Source: Octopus sinensis
Taxonomy: Eukaryota
DNA length: 64,000 nucleotides
Assembly: GCF_006345805.1 (NCBI RefSeq)
Contig: NC_043000.1
Span: forward strand, 83,390,001 to 83,454,000
Direction: 5' to 3'
In this document: positions 1 through 14,085 of the stretch, one piece after another
Layout of the letters: each line of letters starts with the position of its first letter
Numbering within the stretch: the stretch's first letter is position 1
Position numbers and translations under genes: made by a program
Notes under the pieces: generated by a model
The model's database searches: none
What the model saw: only the letters and a program-made list of their open reading frames with translations
What the model was told of the DNA's origin: nothing

Positions 1-508
1 AAGTAGGAGAAAACCATCCGTTAACCCTAACCCTAACCCATTCTAATCACAGACACACACGTGTGTACATATGCTCTGTTAGTTCACCAGGCGAACAATA
101 TTGTTTCAATTAGAAAAGAACTCCACGACTTTTGTGTTGGCAGGGTGCGAGGTTATAGTTCATCACTATCCTACTTTGTAAATCCATGGTTGTGGTTCAG
201 TTATACTGGTTTTTACACAGAGTGATATAGAAAACATGATATAAATAATGGTTATTACATATTTTTCTTTATTTAATAAATTTGAATTACAGCTATTTCC
301 AGTAGTCATAGGCTCGTTATTGAGAGCTTTACTCAATCGGTGTTCAATTGTTCTCAACCGATCAATGGGCCGAACCTATAATGATGACTCGAAACAGCTG
401 TAAGTCAAACTTCCTACAATGAAGAAAAATATGCAATGACCATTGTCTTGTCTTGTATTCAAAGCGGTGCTCCACCATGGTCGCAGTCTAATGACTGAAA
501 CGAGTGAA

Positions 509-559
<51 letters not shown>

Positions 560-960
560 TATACATGTGTGTGTGTGTGTGAGATATGGTCCTGCACAGT
601 TCCTATCAATTACATTCTACTCACAATATATTGGTCAACCTAAGGCACAAGCAGAAGATACTTATTCAAGGGGACACGCAGTAAGCCGAACTCGGAACTA
701 CTTTGTTACCTAACGATCTTGTTAACCTCACAGCCATGCATGCATTCATATACTTTTTTTTCTTTCGCCATATTCATAATACTTTAAAATATGTGCGTGC
801 ATGTATTTGTGTATGTCTGTGCATGTATTTGTGTCTATGTTACATAGACACAATGCCTAAACCTAACGATTTATCTTAGAAAAGTAAGTTGCGTATTATA
901 TGTCATTTATTCTACAGGATAGAGCAAGGATATCAGATAATACAACCAATAACCCACTTC

Positions 961-1177
961 TTTTATCCTTTTTCTTTTACTTGTTTCAGTCACTAGACTG
1001 CGGCCATGATGGGGCACTGCCTTGAAGAATTTTTAGTCGAATGGATCATCACCAGTACTTGTCATTTTTTAAATTTTAAGCCAGGTACTTACCCTCTTGG
1101 TTGCTTTTACCGAACTGCCAAGTTACGGGGACGTAAACACACCAACACTGGTTATCAAGCAGTGGTGGGGGATAAGC
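961..1177 (-). mobile_element. SINE family A, 3' half
   Basis: Matches the 3' half of full copies at 29930 and 35384 (ttttacttgtttcagtca...gcggccatg...aagttacggggacgtaaacac); ends in (TATG)n. Confidence 0.85.
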
Positions 1178-1529
1178 ATGTATGTATGTATGTATGTATG
1201 TATGTATGTATGTATGTATGTATGTATGTATGTATGTGTGTATGTATGTATGTATGTATGTATGTATGTATGTGTGTATGTATGTATGTATGTAGTTACA
1301 ACTACAGCCGGCTACTGCCGGTAAAGGTTTTAGCTGCCAATTCTGAACAAGACATTGTAGATCTTTAGCTGGGCTAAAAAGTCACATTCGATCACAGCAC
1401 CAATAACAGTTAAGCTTCGTGCAATGGTCATACTCGATAACGAGGGGGCGGCCATCATGTATGTATGTATGTATGTATGTATGTATGTATGTATGTATGT
1501 ATGTATGTATGTGTGTATGTATGTATGTA

Positions 1530-2022
1530 CCGTAAATCCTCGAGTATAGTCTGCCCTTGAGTATAATACGCTGACCCTCTGAAAAACCTAAATACTTGTG
1601 TATAATACGCACCCCTTCTCTAACTTGAGTCAAGGAGGTCTATATAACGTCTTTGTTTTGTAAAAATGTATACGGTAACGTCCTTTATTATTATTGTCTA
1701 TATAACATAATGCAAACGTGTAGCTTTTTTGTGCATTTTGTTTGCAGAAAATAAAGAAATAACAGTAATAAGGTTTAATAAATGTTGCTTACTGCAAGTT
1801 ATGAATAATTCTTTTATGACTTCATTGCTTTCAGGCTTAGCTTAAGGTATTTTCGCGCCCGACATCACAAAATGCGTCTGAATAAACATTGCCGGACAGC
1901 AAATAGAGACTCGGACATTGCTTAGAAAATAATTTTGATTTTTAACCTCGTATATAGTACGCACTAGGTATTTTGACCTTTAAATTTTGGAAAAAATGCG
2001 GATTATACTCGAAGATTTACGT
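1530..2022. mobile_element. pogo/Tc2-like MITE
   Basis: TIRs CCGTAAATCCTCGAGTATA ... TATACTCGAAGATTTACG(T), TA on both sides, inserted in a (TATG)n tract. Confidence 0.85.
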
Positions 2023-2026
2023 TATG

Positions 2027-2060
<34 letters not shown>

Positions 2061-2098
2061 TGTTATGTATGTATGTATGTATGTATGTATATATATAT

Positions 2099-2173
<75 letters not shown>

Positions 2174-2174
<1 letters not shown>

Positions 2175-2790
2175 TAACTGGTGTACCCGGTAATTCCCGG
2201 GGATAAAGATGTTCTATTGAAACGCCTTATTACTCTGATATAAGAAAGCAATTTCGTTATAACTGCCACAAAAGGCGTATTTTCCGTCGCCAAAAAGGTG
2301 GAGGGGGGAGAGATTGTTGGCGGTTGGCGAGGGAGGTTGTCGGAGGTTGGCGAGAGATATTGTTGGAAGTTGTCGAGAGAGGTTTTCGGAGGTTGCGTGA
2401 GAAAAGCGCTGTTGAAGTGTTAGGCGAAATTTGGCAATCGAGGATCGAATACAAGCTATGCCTGCATGAAGCCACTACAAATACGTTGTGGAATAAAAAT
2501 TCATCTACTTTCATGGAAAAGTGTAACTGTAAAAATGCAGAATTATCAGAGTAGTGGGCATTCAAAAAAGTATGTATGTATAGAAATGTATGAATGAAGT
2601 CTTTAAGGTTTAAGATTCAAATCAAGGAAGTGCAATAATAATGTTTAGCAGTTCAAAACTGAGTAGTGAAATGCAGAATTAGGTCGGCTGATCGTGAGAA
2701 TCGAATATTGATCGCTTCGCTAAAAACTGTAGGTGGTATAGGTTATTTCCCTTGGTTTGTTTAAATAAAATATTAGTAATATGTAGTAGA
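2174..2790 (-). mobile_element. Non-autonomous Helitron-like element
   Basis: Minus strand: 5' A|TCTACTACATATTA; 3' hairpin CCCGG-GAATTA-CCGGG then CAGTTAG|T (CTAG variant); internal degenerate ~20-bp G-rich repeats at 2310-2430. Confidence 0.55.
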
Positions 2791-3537
2791 TAGAAGGATC
2801 CATTGGAGGAGCCCTATTATCGATTTTTTTTCAACAATCTAAGTATGTCACGAGTTCCAGACATGAGTTCTACTTACGCGTCAAATAAAGTATAAAAGTG
2901 ATATTGTCTGCAAAAATTAGAAATTGGACACACAAAAGTGAATATTCAAAGTAATCGAACATAAACAATGAAACCTGTAAAATATTTCTAAATTCGATGG
3001 CTCAATTATAATAATTTGTAAAATAAGTATAAGTGATTCAGGGTGTCCCAACTGAATGTGATGTGGAAGTTTGGTTTCATTGTTAAAGAATTTTAAGCAT
3101 TCAAAGTATGTGTTCATTGTATTCGAACACACTTATTAAATACGTTCTGCAATCAAGAATTTAAGTATTGTCATGGAAAAATTTCAACCGGAAAAATGCA
3201 GAATTATCTGAGTTACGGGCATTGAAAGAGTACATACATCAAGAAAGTGCAATAATAAGGTTTAGCAGTTGAAAACTGTGAGTAGTGAAATGCAGGATTA
3301 GGTCCGCTGATCGTTGCTTGACATTAACCACTAGAGCATGTCCCCTAGTGGCTGACAATATGTGCATTTTTGATCATGAGCAAGAGTAGTGGGGAGGGGC
3401 ATCATAGCCATATGTTGGGAGGGATGCTTTGGGGTTTGAATAAATGCAACAAAAGCAGTTTTAAGGAAATACTATCCATTTTTCATACTTTCAAGTGGTT
3501 AGCAAACGGGAAGTAACAGTTGCAAAAAATCATGTTA

Positions 3538-4410
3538 CAGTAATCACTCACTTATCGCGGTTCACCTATCGCGCCCTCAGTACATCGCGGTTTTCCGGCT
3601 AATATATGTAAATTTATATCGTGGACTCCTCAGTATAACGGCCGATAGGTATTTATATATTTTTAGATTTTAATTATTTCATTGGTAAAATAAGCATTTT
3701 CACGCCTAAAAATTAATAAATCGATAAATAAAAATACAGTGCAGTACTGCACTGTACAACACATTAATCAAAATACATTAAAAGAAAATGCGTAGTATAC
3801 CGTAGATGAGTAAACATAGAATTGTACATACTGTATGGAAAACGAAACTCGGGAGGCGAGTTGTGGTGTTCTTTTGCATTTGTGTGTAAAATTGTGAATT
3901 TATATCAAGTCCTATGATGTCACCCAAACGATGAGCACTTTCTAAGGTTTCTGGCAGTGAACCCAAGTGCTAGAGGAAGATGCTTACTATAGCAGAGATG
4001 AGACTCCTTGGCATGCTTAAGGAAGGGAGAAGGAATGCTGATATAAAGCCGCCAAAAGAAATTCAGAGAATGGCGGAAGATTAGGACCCCAGATGATTTA
4101 TGTGTTGCAATTCAGAAATGCAATCGAGGGAGTCATGGGGGGTTTATAAAAACCTCCTCACACAGAATAGGCAGCACCAGCAACTGTCCATCACCATGTT
4201 TCTTGCCTGCAAAAAAAGAGAAGACACGGGTACTCCTAAGAGTGTTGGAAGAGTTTATAAAGCTTAAATATATAAAAATAATAAAACGAATATATGCAAA
4301 TTATAAAAATAAAAAAAAAAACCCAGAACACTACTGTTTCTACTTCGCGGATTTTCACCTATCGCGGGGTGTTTTGGAACGTAACACCCGCGCTAGGCGA
4401 GGGATTACTG
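3538..4410 (+). mobile_element. Tigger/pogo internally deleted DNA transposon
   Basis: TA|CAGTAATCACTCACTTATCGCGG ... CCGCGCTAGGCGAGGGATTACTG|TA; remnant CENP-B-type HTH N-terminus near 3917-4050; second copy at 40355-41302. Confidence 0.9.
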
Positions 4411-4783
4411 TATACAGTGTTATTAGCCAATTAGGAAGTTCGTCTAAAAGCTCTGCTGAAAGATTTTTAGCTTCGGTTGTACAATGCGATATGGTTACAG
4501 GGTGAGGTTCATGTGATGATTATTCGGCTTTTATTACAACTTGTGGGGGCTGTAAAAGTGGAACGAGAAAAGAGCGTTGGCTAAAAGTTAGCTTCGTAGA
4601 CTTTTTAGTTAGTCGCGTAATTAGAGTCCAACATGTCAGTTAATTGATTGAATAATCTCAGTTAATTAAAAAGTTTCTTAACTCATCATATAACACCAAT
4701 GAGACCCTTCCACATAGGTTATTGTGTTTACAGAATTCTCCCAACATGTAATTTCTCGCACCTAAATCGTTGATATTCAATTG

Positions 4784-4814
<31 letters not shown>

Positions 4815-5044
4815 GCTGGCTGGCTGGGTAAGCTGGCTATCTATCTCTGTGCGAAAGGTACCCATCCCATTGACTGAAAAAATTAGACGTCACAACTACG
4901 ACCTTGTATGATTTGGTTTCAATAAAACGCATGTGACTGGCGGAAATAACAATGTGGATGAACGAACTTTACACAAATTTTCTTTGATCTTTAGTGTAGA
5001 ATATGACATTCTCTGACTAGCTGAATATGGTATCAAGGCTAAAC

Positions 5045-5197
5045 ATTCTTTTCTACTCTAGGCACAAGGCCCGAAATTTTGTGGGAGGAGGCCAGTCGAT
5101 TAGTACGCTACTGGTACTTAATTGATCGACTCCGAAAGGATGAAAGGCGAAGTCGACCTCGGCGGAATTTGAACTCAGAACATAAAGACAGACGAAG
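5045..5197 (-). mobile_element. SINE family B, 5'-truncated, short-tail type
   Basis: Core gaaaggatgaaaggcgaagtcgacctcggcggaatttgaactcagaac shared with copies at 37773 and 39460. Confidence 0.85.
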
Positions 5198-5899
5198 GCT
5201 AAATATTGTACGCGGTCAAAAATCATTTAAACAATGGGATGGAGATTTGTCCAATTAATATTTGCTGCAACATCTCCAGACATGAAGTAGTGAACACGTG
5301 TTATTGTAACCTTGGAACTCGTCGAGAATTTAGAGGGAGTATTAAATTGTGTATCATTCACGAGCAGAGGTGACGCATTTTTGTGGGTGCTTTCCCACGA
5401 AATGTGTTGACCTTTAAATATAGTGCCGCTGAATGGGTTTAAATTAAATCCTTATTACAGAATATAAAGGTGGTTCCCATTCACAGAATAATTGGTAAAT
5501 CTAAATATGAATTATATGTCCAGTGAGTAAGAAAGTCGTCGAGAGAGCAGGCAGAAGTAAGAGGCATAAAGAAAGAGTTAGAGGTATAGTTGGACTTCGA
5601 AATCATCTCAAGTTGGTAGAGTACAGTCAGAGAGAAACAGAGAGAGAGAGGAAGAGAGAGAGAGAGAGAGAGTCGCAAGCTGTAACGAAATATATTGATT
5701 TAGTCGGTTAACAAATTATGTAGCTCGTAGAATGGACAAGCGATTAAAGTTATGTAATGTTTAAGCATTTGGTGCTAGGTGTCAATGATTATTATTAATC
5801 TTGTCACATTTGACAGCGGGTTCGATCGGCTTCTCAAAACAAATTGAGAAGCTAGCTCGGAACTCCGATGTGTGTGCTTGCATACGAGCACGCACGCAC

Positions 5900-5956
<57 letters not shown>

Positions 5957-6039
5957 TACATACATACCTACAGTCATACGTGTAGACACCTGCACACTTA
6001 CGAACGTACACACACGCACACAAACACACATACGAACAC

Positions 6040-6070
<31 letters not shown>

Positions 6071-7049
6071 CACACACACACACACACACATGATTAGAAA
6101 ATTGATATACTTATCCAAAACCGCCATTCAATTCAACTGACGCGTTTCCTGATCACTTGTAAGTGTATTGCCGACGTACCTAATTCCTCTTCTATTATAT
6201 AGCAGTAATTCGGCTGTTGCTAGGCAGTTCGCCCCAAAACCTGTAGACAGGTGTCCTGAAATACTGATGTCTAGAAACGAATTGAGCAATATTATCAAGG
6301 CCAATGAATTATTCTTTACATGCCCCAGAGTGGCTGCAGTCTGATGACTGAAACAAATAAAAGATAAAAGTTAAAGTATAGTTATTTTGTATAGATTTTT
6401 TCAGATGTTTATTCTACTGTATATCTTTTATGAAGAGTTGTAGTTACTGTAAATATCCTTAGTTTATTGTATATTTTCTGAGCGCAGTGTGAAAAGTATT
6501 CACTTATCATATCTATCTTGACAAAGGACCATTTACCAAATCGTTGATATATTTTCTTTTCATCACGTCTTTATGCCTAGACGCAAAGCCCAACATAACA
6601 TTCGTAAATGTATTAAAAACAACCAATCTATTGGTAAAACACACTCTACCAAGTAAACTCAAGGCGAAGAACGGTGTTGTAAGTCAACTGATCGCCAATT
6701 ATGTCTGATTTTAAAAAGAGACAAGAAATTAGATAGATTTGCATCTCCACCTATAATCGGATTCTGTTAGGGCCCTATATGTTAAAAATGTGGATGGGAA
6801 AAGTGTGGGTAGAGGGTGATGTGCGAGCAAATCTTTCCCCTTACTGTTTTACAAAGTAACCCACAACACAAATAATTATGCAGAAACAAGAACAAAAACA
6901 ACAAGCATTATTAAAAGAGAAAAGAAGCATGGTCATTCCTTATTCAAGTGACCTTATCTTATCGCCCATCACTTGTTATGCGTTCATAAATTAGTTTGAT
7001 AGCTGAGCTCTGATTGGCTGTATGCAAATGATTCATAGCTGCGGTCCGG

Positions 7050-7222
7050 AACTCACATGGGAAAAAAAACTTCGTGCCCCGGGGCGGCCCTTCCGTTTGC
7101 TGCCCCTGAACCCCACAAAAAACACATATTGCCTACAACAGACCCAAAAGTGTCGCCCCTTTAAAAGTGCCACCTGGGGTGGACCACCCCTACTGCCCCC
7201 ATCCCTCCCAGCTACGCTAGTG
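7050..7222. mobile_element. GC-rich hAT-like MITE fragment abutting a SINE B fragment (7223-7330)
   Basis: Repeated GCCCC subterminal motifs ending in GCTACGCTAGTG, resembling hAT/Tip100 termini; other end not found. Confidence 0.45.
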
Positions 7223-7777
7223 CAACTTTGCCTTTCATCCTTTCAGGGCCGATAAAATAAGAACCAGTTTATGTAATCAACTTATCCCCTCTTTGAAATT
7301 ACTGGCCTTGTGCCCAAATTTGAAACCAGTATCAATTATGTTGACATTAGTAATGAATGGTTCTCTCCAAGAATTCCTGGCTTTACTAAATTATTATTTG
7401 CCGTTTTTGTCATCGCGAATTTAGTTCTTCATTGAATGGAGCAGGCAACATTTATTTTTCGCTTAACATTCATGAAATTATAATTTTGTCCCGAATCTTT
7501 CGATTTCATTAAAAAGCAGACGATGATCAGTCAACTATGAATATTTTGTATTTAATTATCTTTCCTGTTTGTAATTTCTGTTTTTTCTCATATTTCCATT
7601 CCTTTCATTTTCCTTCTTTTACTTTTTCTTTGTTTTTTTTTTCTGACTTCTCCTTGCTTTCCTTTCTTGCTATCAAGAATATATTCTGTGTTTGATGATT
7701 TTAAACTGTTAAACGATGTAATTTACCTGGGAAAAATCTAATGCTTCACTTTTTATTTGTGTTATATATATATATAT

Positions 7778-7991
7778 GAAAAAATGCATTGTAAATAAAC
7801 AATGACAGATAAAAAATCGTATACCTATAAGACACAGAGAGGCCCTAATTCTTCATCAGTTATCAACCAGAATGGTAATACTCAGTTTCGCATTACCATT
7901 CTGGTTGATAACTGATGAAGAATTAAGGACCCTCTGTGTCTTATACGTATACGGCTTTTAAATGTCTTGTTTATTTACAATGCATTTTTTC
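7778..7991. repeat. ~100-bp-arm palindrome with 12-nt loop, carrying hammerhead-like core boxes
   Basis: 7778-7879 is the reverse complement of 7892-7991; inner 34 bp perfect; (TA)n on both sides. Confidence 0.9.
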
Positions 7992-8039
7992 GTTTATTTG
8001 TAACGGTACGCAACACACACCAGACATTTATTAATAGTA

Positions 8040-8090
<51 letters not shown>

Positions 8091-8143
8091 TCCAGCGGTG
8101 GCGGGAGATAAACACAGATACGAAGACACAGACACGTACACAT

Positions 8144-8246
<103 letters not shown>

Positions 8247-9086
8247 CACTAGCAAATTTATCCATCTACGATGGAGGCATAAGATGGAGGAAATTCATAG
8301 CAGCAGTATGTATTGAGAAATGTATAAATGGACTTGATAGATTACTGAGTGATGTCTTAGAGATATCACATTATTGTTGGTGATATAGCATTCTATTGCA
8401 GCCTATATGACATATTTGAGACCAAGTGATGTGTGATGATGATTCACTCCCGAACTGAAATAGGCTCTCAGCCTCTGTATTATGAATGGTTATATGGACT
8501 ACTCCTAACGAAAGCCAGAGCTTCCTTCGACCACTACATAAAGAGTTTTCAGGAAAAAATGTTATTTAGGTATACTTTTATTTTAGCTGTTTACACTATT
8601 TTACGTTTGTTTATACTCTTATACATTCAAAGTTCACAAATTTCCTTATTTAAATTATAAATCATATTCCTTTCGATTATATCAATATGCTTACCAAACT
8701 TCTTTGTAGACGATATTTTCTGTTTGGTCGACACTAATTTTCAAATTACTGGAGTCCGTTGCTCTACTCATAGCGACGTATAACTGGCTGTGTGTAAATA
8801 TGGAGTGGGTAAAAATACAACCACACGACCTAAAGTTAGGCCCTGTGCCTCGTTTGCTGTGAATGCGCAATTTGAATCTTTAGGGTTGCAAAATATCAAA
8901 CTAAAACTTAATTCTCACTATTCTAGGTTTTGAATTACATGCGATTGACTAAATATAACACCTCCTGGATTCATCATTCCAAACCAGCATACTTCATACT
9001 GTATGCACTTAGCAATTAACTGCGAAAACTTCTGGGGGTGCCATCAACTCAACAAAGTGATCTAAGCTGACTACCAACTCTTACTT

Positions 9087-9118
<32 letters not shown>

Positions 9119-9787
9119 CCTCTCTTTCTCTCTCCCTCTCTCTTCTCGTTTTTCCTCATTGTTCGTACTTTGTCTAACCCCATTTCAAATACTTGGACCG
9201 CACCTTTGTTCCCCAAACTCCCAACACTCTGGATCCCCTCAAATATCGATGAGAAGCGAAATTTGAAGTTGAGAGTACAAACCTCATCGACAGTTTGGAA
9301 CAGTCCACACACAATAACAGCACCAAACCTTTCACAATATTCTATCGACGCGGTTCAAATGTGAATCTCTCCATGTTTTTTCTGAATGTAAACAAGGAAT
9401 GGCGCTCCGCCAGTTTCGACGATAAGTTTTCCATCAATTGAAAAAAACATACTCATTGAATTAGCATATAATTGGCTGAGTATTCCACAGATGCATGTAT
9501 TCTTAAAGTAATTCACATGTCGACCTTTAACTTAAACAAGTAAATTCCATCCCATGGGCTTCCACATAGTTTCCACTCACCCACTTTCATTCAAAAGTCT
9601 TAGGTTGAACCGAGCGCACCTGTCACGCAGTGGTGTCGTATCCTGGAGTTTGACGAAATGAGATTTTTAATTTTGTTGCCATGTTGATTCCACAGAGATT
9701 TTAAGGTTCTGTCTTCCCCGTCATCTCTCTCCTTTTTTTCGCTGTCTGTCTTTGTCTGTCCGTCTGTCTATCAGTCTGTCTGTCTGC

Positions 9788-9854
<67 letters not shown>

Positions 9855-10055
9855 TTCATACTCGCGCGCGCACACATGGCTGAAATGGCGTCATGCTCTG
9901 CTCACGATTACAAAGACAATCAAAATTTTTAGCAAATGCATTGTGCATGCGACCAAGTCACGCCGATTGCAAATAATGGTTGTAATCATGGGTGCGTGTA
10001 TCTGTATGTGTGTGAGTGGATGAGAGAAAGTAAGAGAGAGCGCGCGAAAGAGAAG

Positions 10056-10091
<36 letters not shown>

Positions 10092-10093
<2 letters not shown>

Positions 10094-11150
10094 AGAAGCT
10101 CATAGGTGCAAAAACAAGGTGAGAAAAATAGTACTCGAATATCGAAGGTAGAATTTAATATTGCGTTTTATTAAAGCTGAAAAACTTCTCAGATTGTTAA
10201 CTCCAAGTTTCACATAATCAGTCTTCAGATGGAAGTGAACTTTTAGAACAACAGCGAGAATTTTATTTCCATTTTACTTAAAATTGATTAAAGCGAAGCG
10301 TTGTATCTTGGTGAAGACAGTCGTTATAAACCTGTCTTCTATAAGAAAACTAGACAAAAACCATTACGTGAAGGTGATCTCGTAGAAGTAGAACAAAGAA
10401 AACTTCGTGGTCTAAGCCGACATTCATTATGATTGTAAAGACTAATATAGCTACGGACTTCATAAACATATCGAGACATTTTCCCCTGGGAGCACAGATA
10501 GTGTAGACTATTCTACAAAAATACTTCAAGGGTCAACTACTCTTGTTGCAAAAATTTCACCTCGTCGGTCAGCCAACAGAATGCAAAAAGCCTCTTCGAA
10601 AAGAGACATTTTGCATTCTGTTGGTTGAAAACAAAAATGAGCAAACTGCTAAGAGCAATAGCATCATCTTAACTGTATACCTAATTGCAATAACATCACC
10701 AAAAGGATAGGGTAAAGGCTAAAGTTCATTAGACAACATCCCTGAATATAAAAAAAACATTAAAAACATATAAAAAAAAAGAGTATCAACAGACAATAAT
10801 TTCAAGACGAGATTTTACGTGCAACGCAGCAATAGTGTGCTATCGAGATATGGTGTATATTGCTTGTTAAGTGAATAAATGCCTCGTAACACATCGCCCC
10901 TATTGCCTAGTGAGTGCTGTGAACAAAGTTTTAGTCGCGAAGATGTGATGAACCTCAATTTTAACAACGGAACGTATTATTTATCCAAATTCAGACATAA
11001 TATTACTGAAGGCAGATTAGAAAATATAATGTCGGTCAGAGTAAAAGAAAGAGAGAGAAAAATGTCAAACAATAAGACAATTAGATATACAGCTGTGTTC
11101 TAAGGCCGACAACAACTGAAAAAGGAAAAGTAAATAACTGCCATTGACTG
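10092..11150 (+). mobile_element. Degraded Penelope-like element (RT/GIY-YIG linker region)
   Basis: Broken translation VKTNIATDFINI..RHFP.EHR*CRLFYKNTSRVNYSCCKNF resembles the PLE KTN..F...KHFP..H...FN.NT..SYSC..N block; begins GGAGAAGC after (TA)n, like elements at 13746 and 47577. Confidence 0.6.
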
Positions 11151-12221
11151 ATAAGTGAGAAGAAATACAAAGATTTAAGCTGTTGTAAATATTAGATAAT
11201 GCACTTGTGAAGCTATTGACTTGTCACCACTTCCGTAAGTATTAAGTAATGTAATGAACTAATCTAAATTTTCAGCTTTGCAAATTCTCACCTAATTCTT
11301 ATCACTATCTTCATTGTCCTATTAACCGATATTATTCAAAAGTATGTAAAGTTAATACAGTTATTGTGAACGGAAACGTTCAAGTGGGGTAGATCAACGT
11401 CACTTCCATTTTTAATGACTTATCATGAAAAATATATTTAAAAATTTATTTTCCAAGCTATCTTCGATTCACTTATATTATTGATGTTACTGTAAATTTG
11501 AAAATCGCTTCTAGGCTAGCCGCTTAAGGTTCCAATTATTATATTGTTGTAGTTGGATGTTGAGGTCAAGCCTGACCGTGCAGATAATGCCTGAAGGTAA
11601 TGCAACCATGACTATCACGTCTATCTCTGAAATTTGCATCAAGCACTACATTACATAATATAACCTGCTATTTTTAAGACGGTAAGATGAGACTGGAAAA
11701 ATATATAACTTCAATATTTAGCAATTCGAGCGACCGAATAGGGGTATCAGTATTCATTCTCGGAGGAAATGATTCTGCTTCCTTTATCACACTTTGGAGA
11801 GATACGAACATTACAACTTCCCTTTCGTTTTCTGCTTAAACCTTGCAGCTACTGTATCAATCAGTTTGGTTAAAAAACAAAAAGGAATGGGTTTGGATAA
11901 GATTGAAATTTACGAAGCTGATTTGTTCGTTATTTTTTTCTTTTTGCCAACGTAAAAATAAAGTGTGTTAATATTTGGGAGATCTTTACGGTAGCAGAAA
12001 AGGAATTTTAACTCCTATTTCTAAATTCGGCGTGGTGAAGCAATTAGCTGACCCCTAATTATAATTATGCTTAAAATTATAGAATATATATATATATATA
12101 TTTATGTTGTATGGACGCCCCAATACGATGAAGTAGGCTAGCCCAATACGTAGATATAGAGGGAGAGTCGAGGAGCAGAAGAGAGAAGAGTTGAGTAGTA
12201 GAGTCATCGAACGTGCGACAT

Positions 12222-13312
<1,091 letters not shown>

Positions 13313-13558
13313 GTTATAGCTTTATTAAGCTATACGCAAACAAACTAGTGGAGATAGAATACATTTATCAAAGGCTTATTACTTTACATACATCAGGGCT
13401 TAAATCGCCAGTTATTTCTGTTTAGTTCATTCGGATTCGTTTAACACTCACTGCTGACATTCTTTTTGTTCTTCTCCCACCAGAAGTCCCTTTCGCTGCT
13501 TACCAACTTCCTAGCTAGCCCGCAACGAAGTTCCTGTCAACAGTTCGTCTGTCATGAA

Positions 13559-13708
13559 TCCTACCCTACAATAGGATTGCGGATACGAATGGGAGCGGAA
13601 CTAAAACGGGACTGAACAGGGAACGGTATAGGACATGAAACAGTGTAATGGGAATGGGAACTGGAAATAAACCCCGCTTTTTCGGGTATTACCGGATAAT
13701 TCAGCTAG
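13559..13708 (+). mobile_element. 150-bp Helitron-like element
   Basis: A|TCCTACCCTACAATAGG start, GGGAAC/GGGAAT-rich body, imperfect subterminal hairpin, CAGCTAG|T end. Confidence 0.6.
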
Positions 13709-13799
13709 TATGTATATATCATTTGTAGAAATACATAAATCCGGGGGAGAAGCACACTCTAAGATGTAGAGCAGTTAATATTATAGTGGGGTAGACCGG

Positions 13800-13868
13800 T
13801 TTATGGGGTTACCCTCGGTTTCTCGCTCATAAGGGGTTTAGCCGTACGGCGTATCTTCAGACCCTAAA
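13800..13868 (-). ncRNA. Type I hammerhead ribozyme (PLE-associated)
   Basis: Minus: TTTAGGGT-CTGAAGA-TACGCCGTA...TATGAGCGA-GAAAC-CGAGG-GTA-ACCCCATAAA; stem I GGGT/ACCC. Confidence 0.7.
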
Positions 13869-13929
13869 CACTGCTAGCTTGAGGCCTGAGAACTCAAAAG
13901 GTCTCTGAATAAGGGCTGTTTAAGGATGT

Positions 13930-14085
13930 TTCGTCCGACTTTACCTTCTGAGTTCAAATTCCGCCGAGGTCGACTTTGCCTTTCCTCCTGGATGGATTGA
14001 TGAAATGGGTATCAGATGTGCACTGCGGTCGATGCAATCGACTAACCTCCACCCTGTAAATTTCATGCCTTCTACCAACTATAAA
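13930..14085 (+). mobile_element. SINE family B, 5'-truncated
   Basis: ttctgagttcaaattccgccgaggtcgactttgcctttc core. Confidence 0.8.

Noticed and set aside
2324-2554. ORF with YKLCLHEA resembling a GIY-YIG C-terminus
   Set aside because: Match too short, and it lies in a Helitron-like repeat with a partial duplicate at 3170-3312.
6341-6360. CTGATGA-CT-GAAAC hammerhead-like string
   Set aside because: Point variant of the SINE A tail (GTCTAATGACTGAAAC); no room for stem II.
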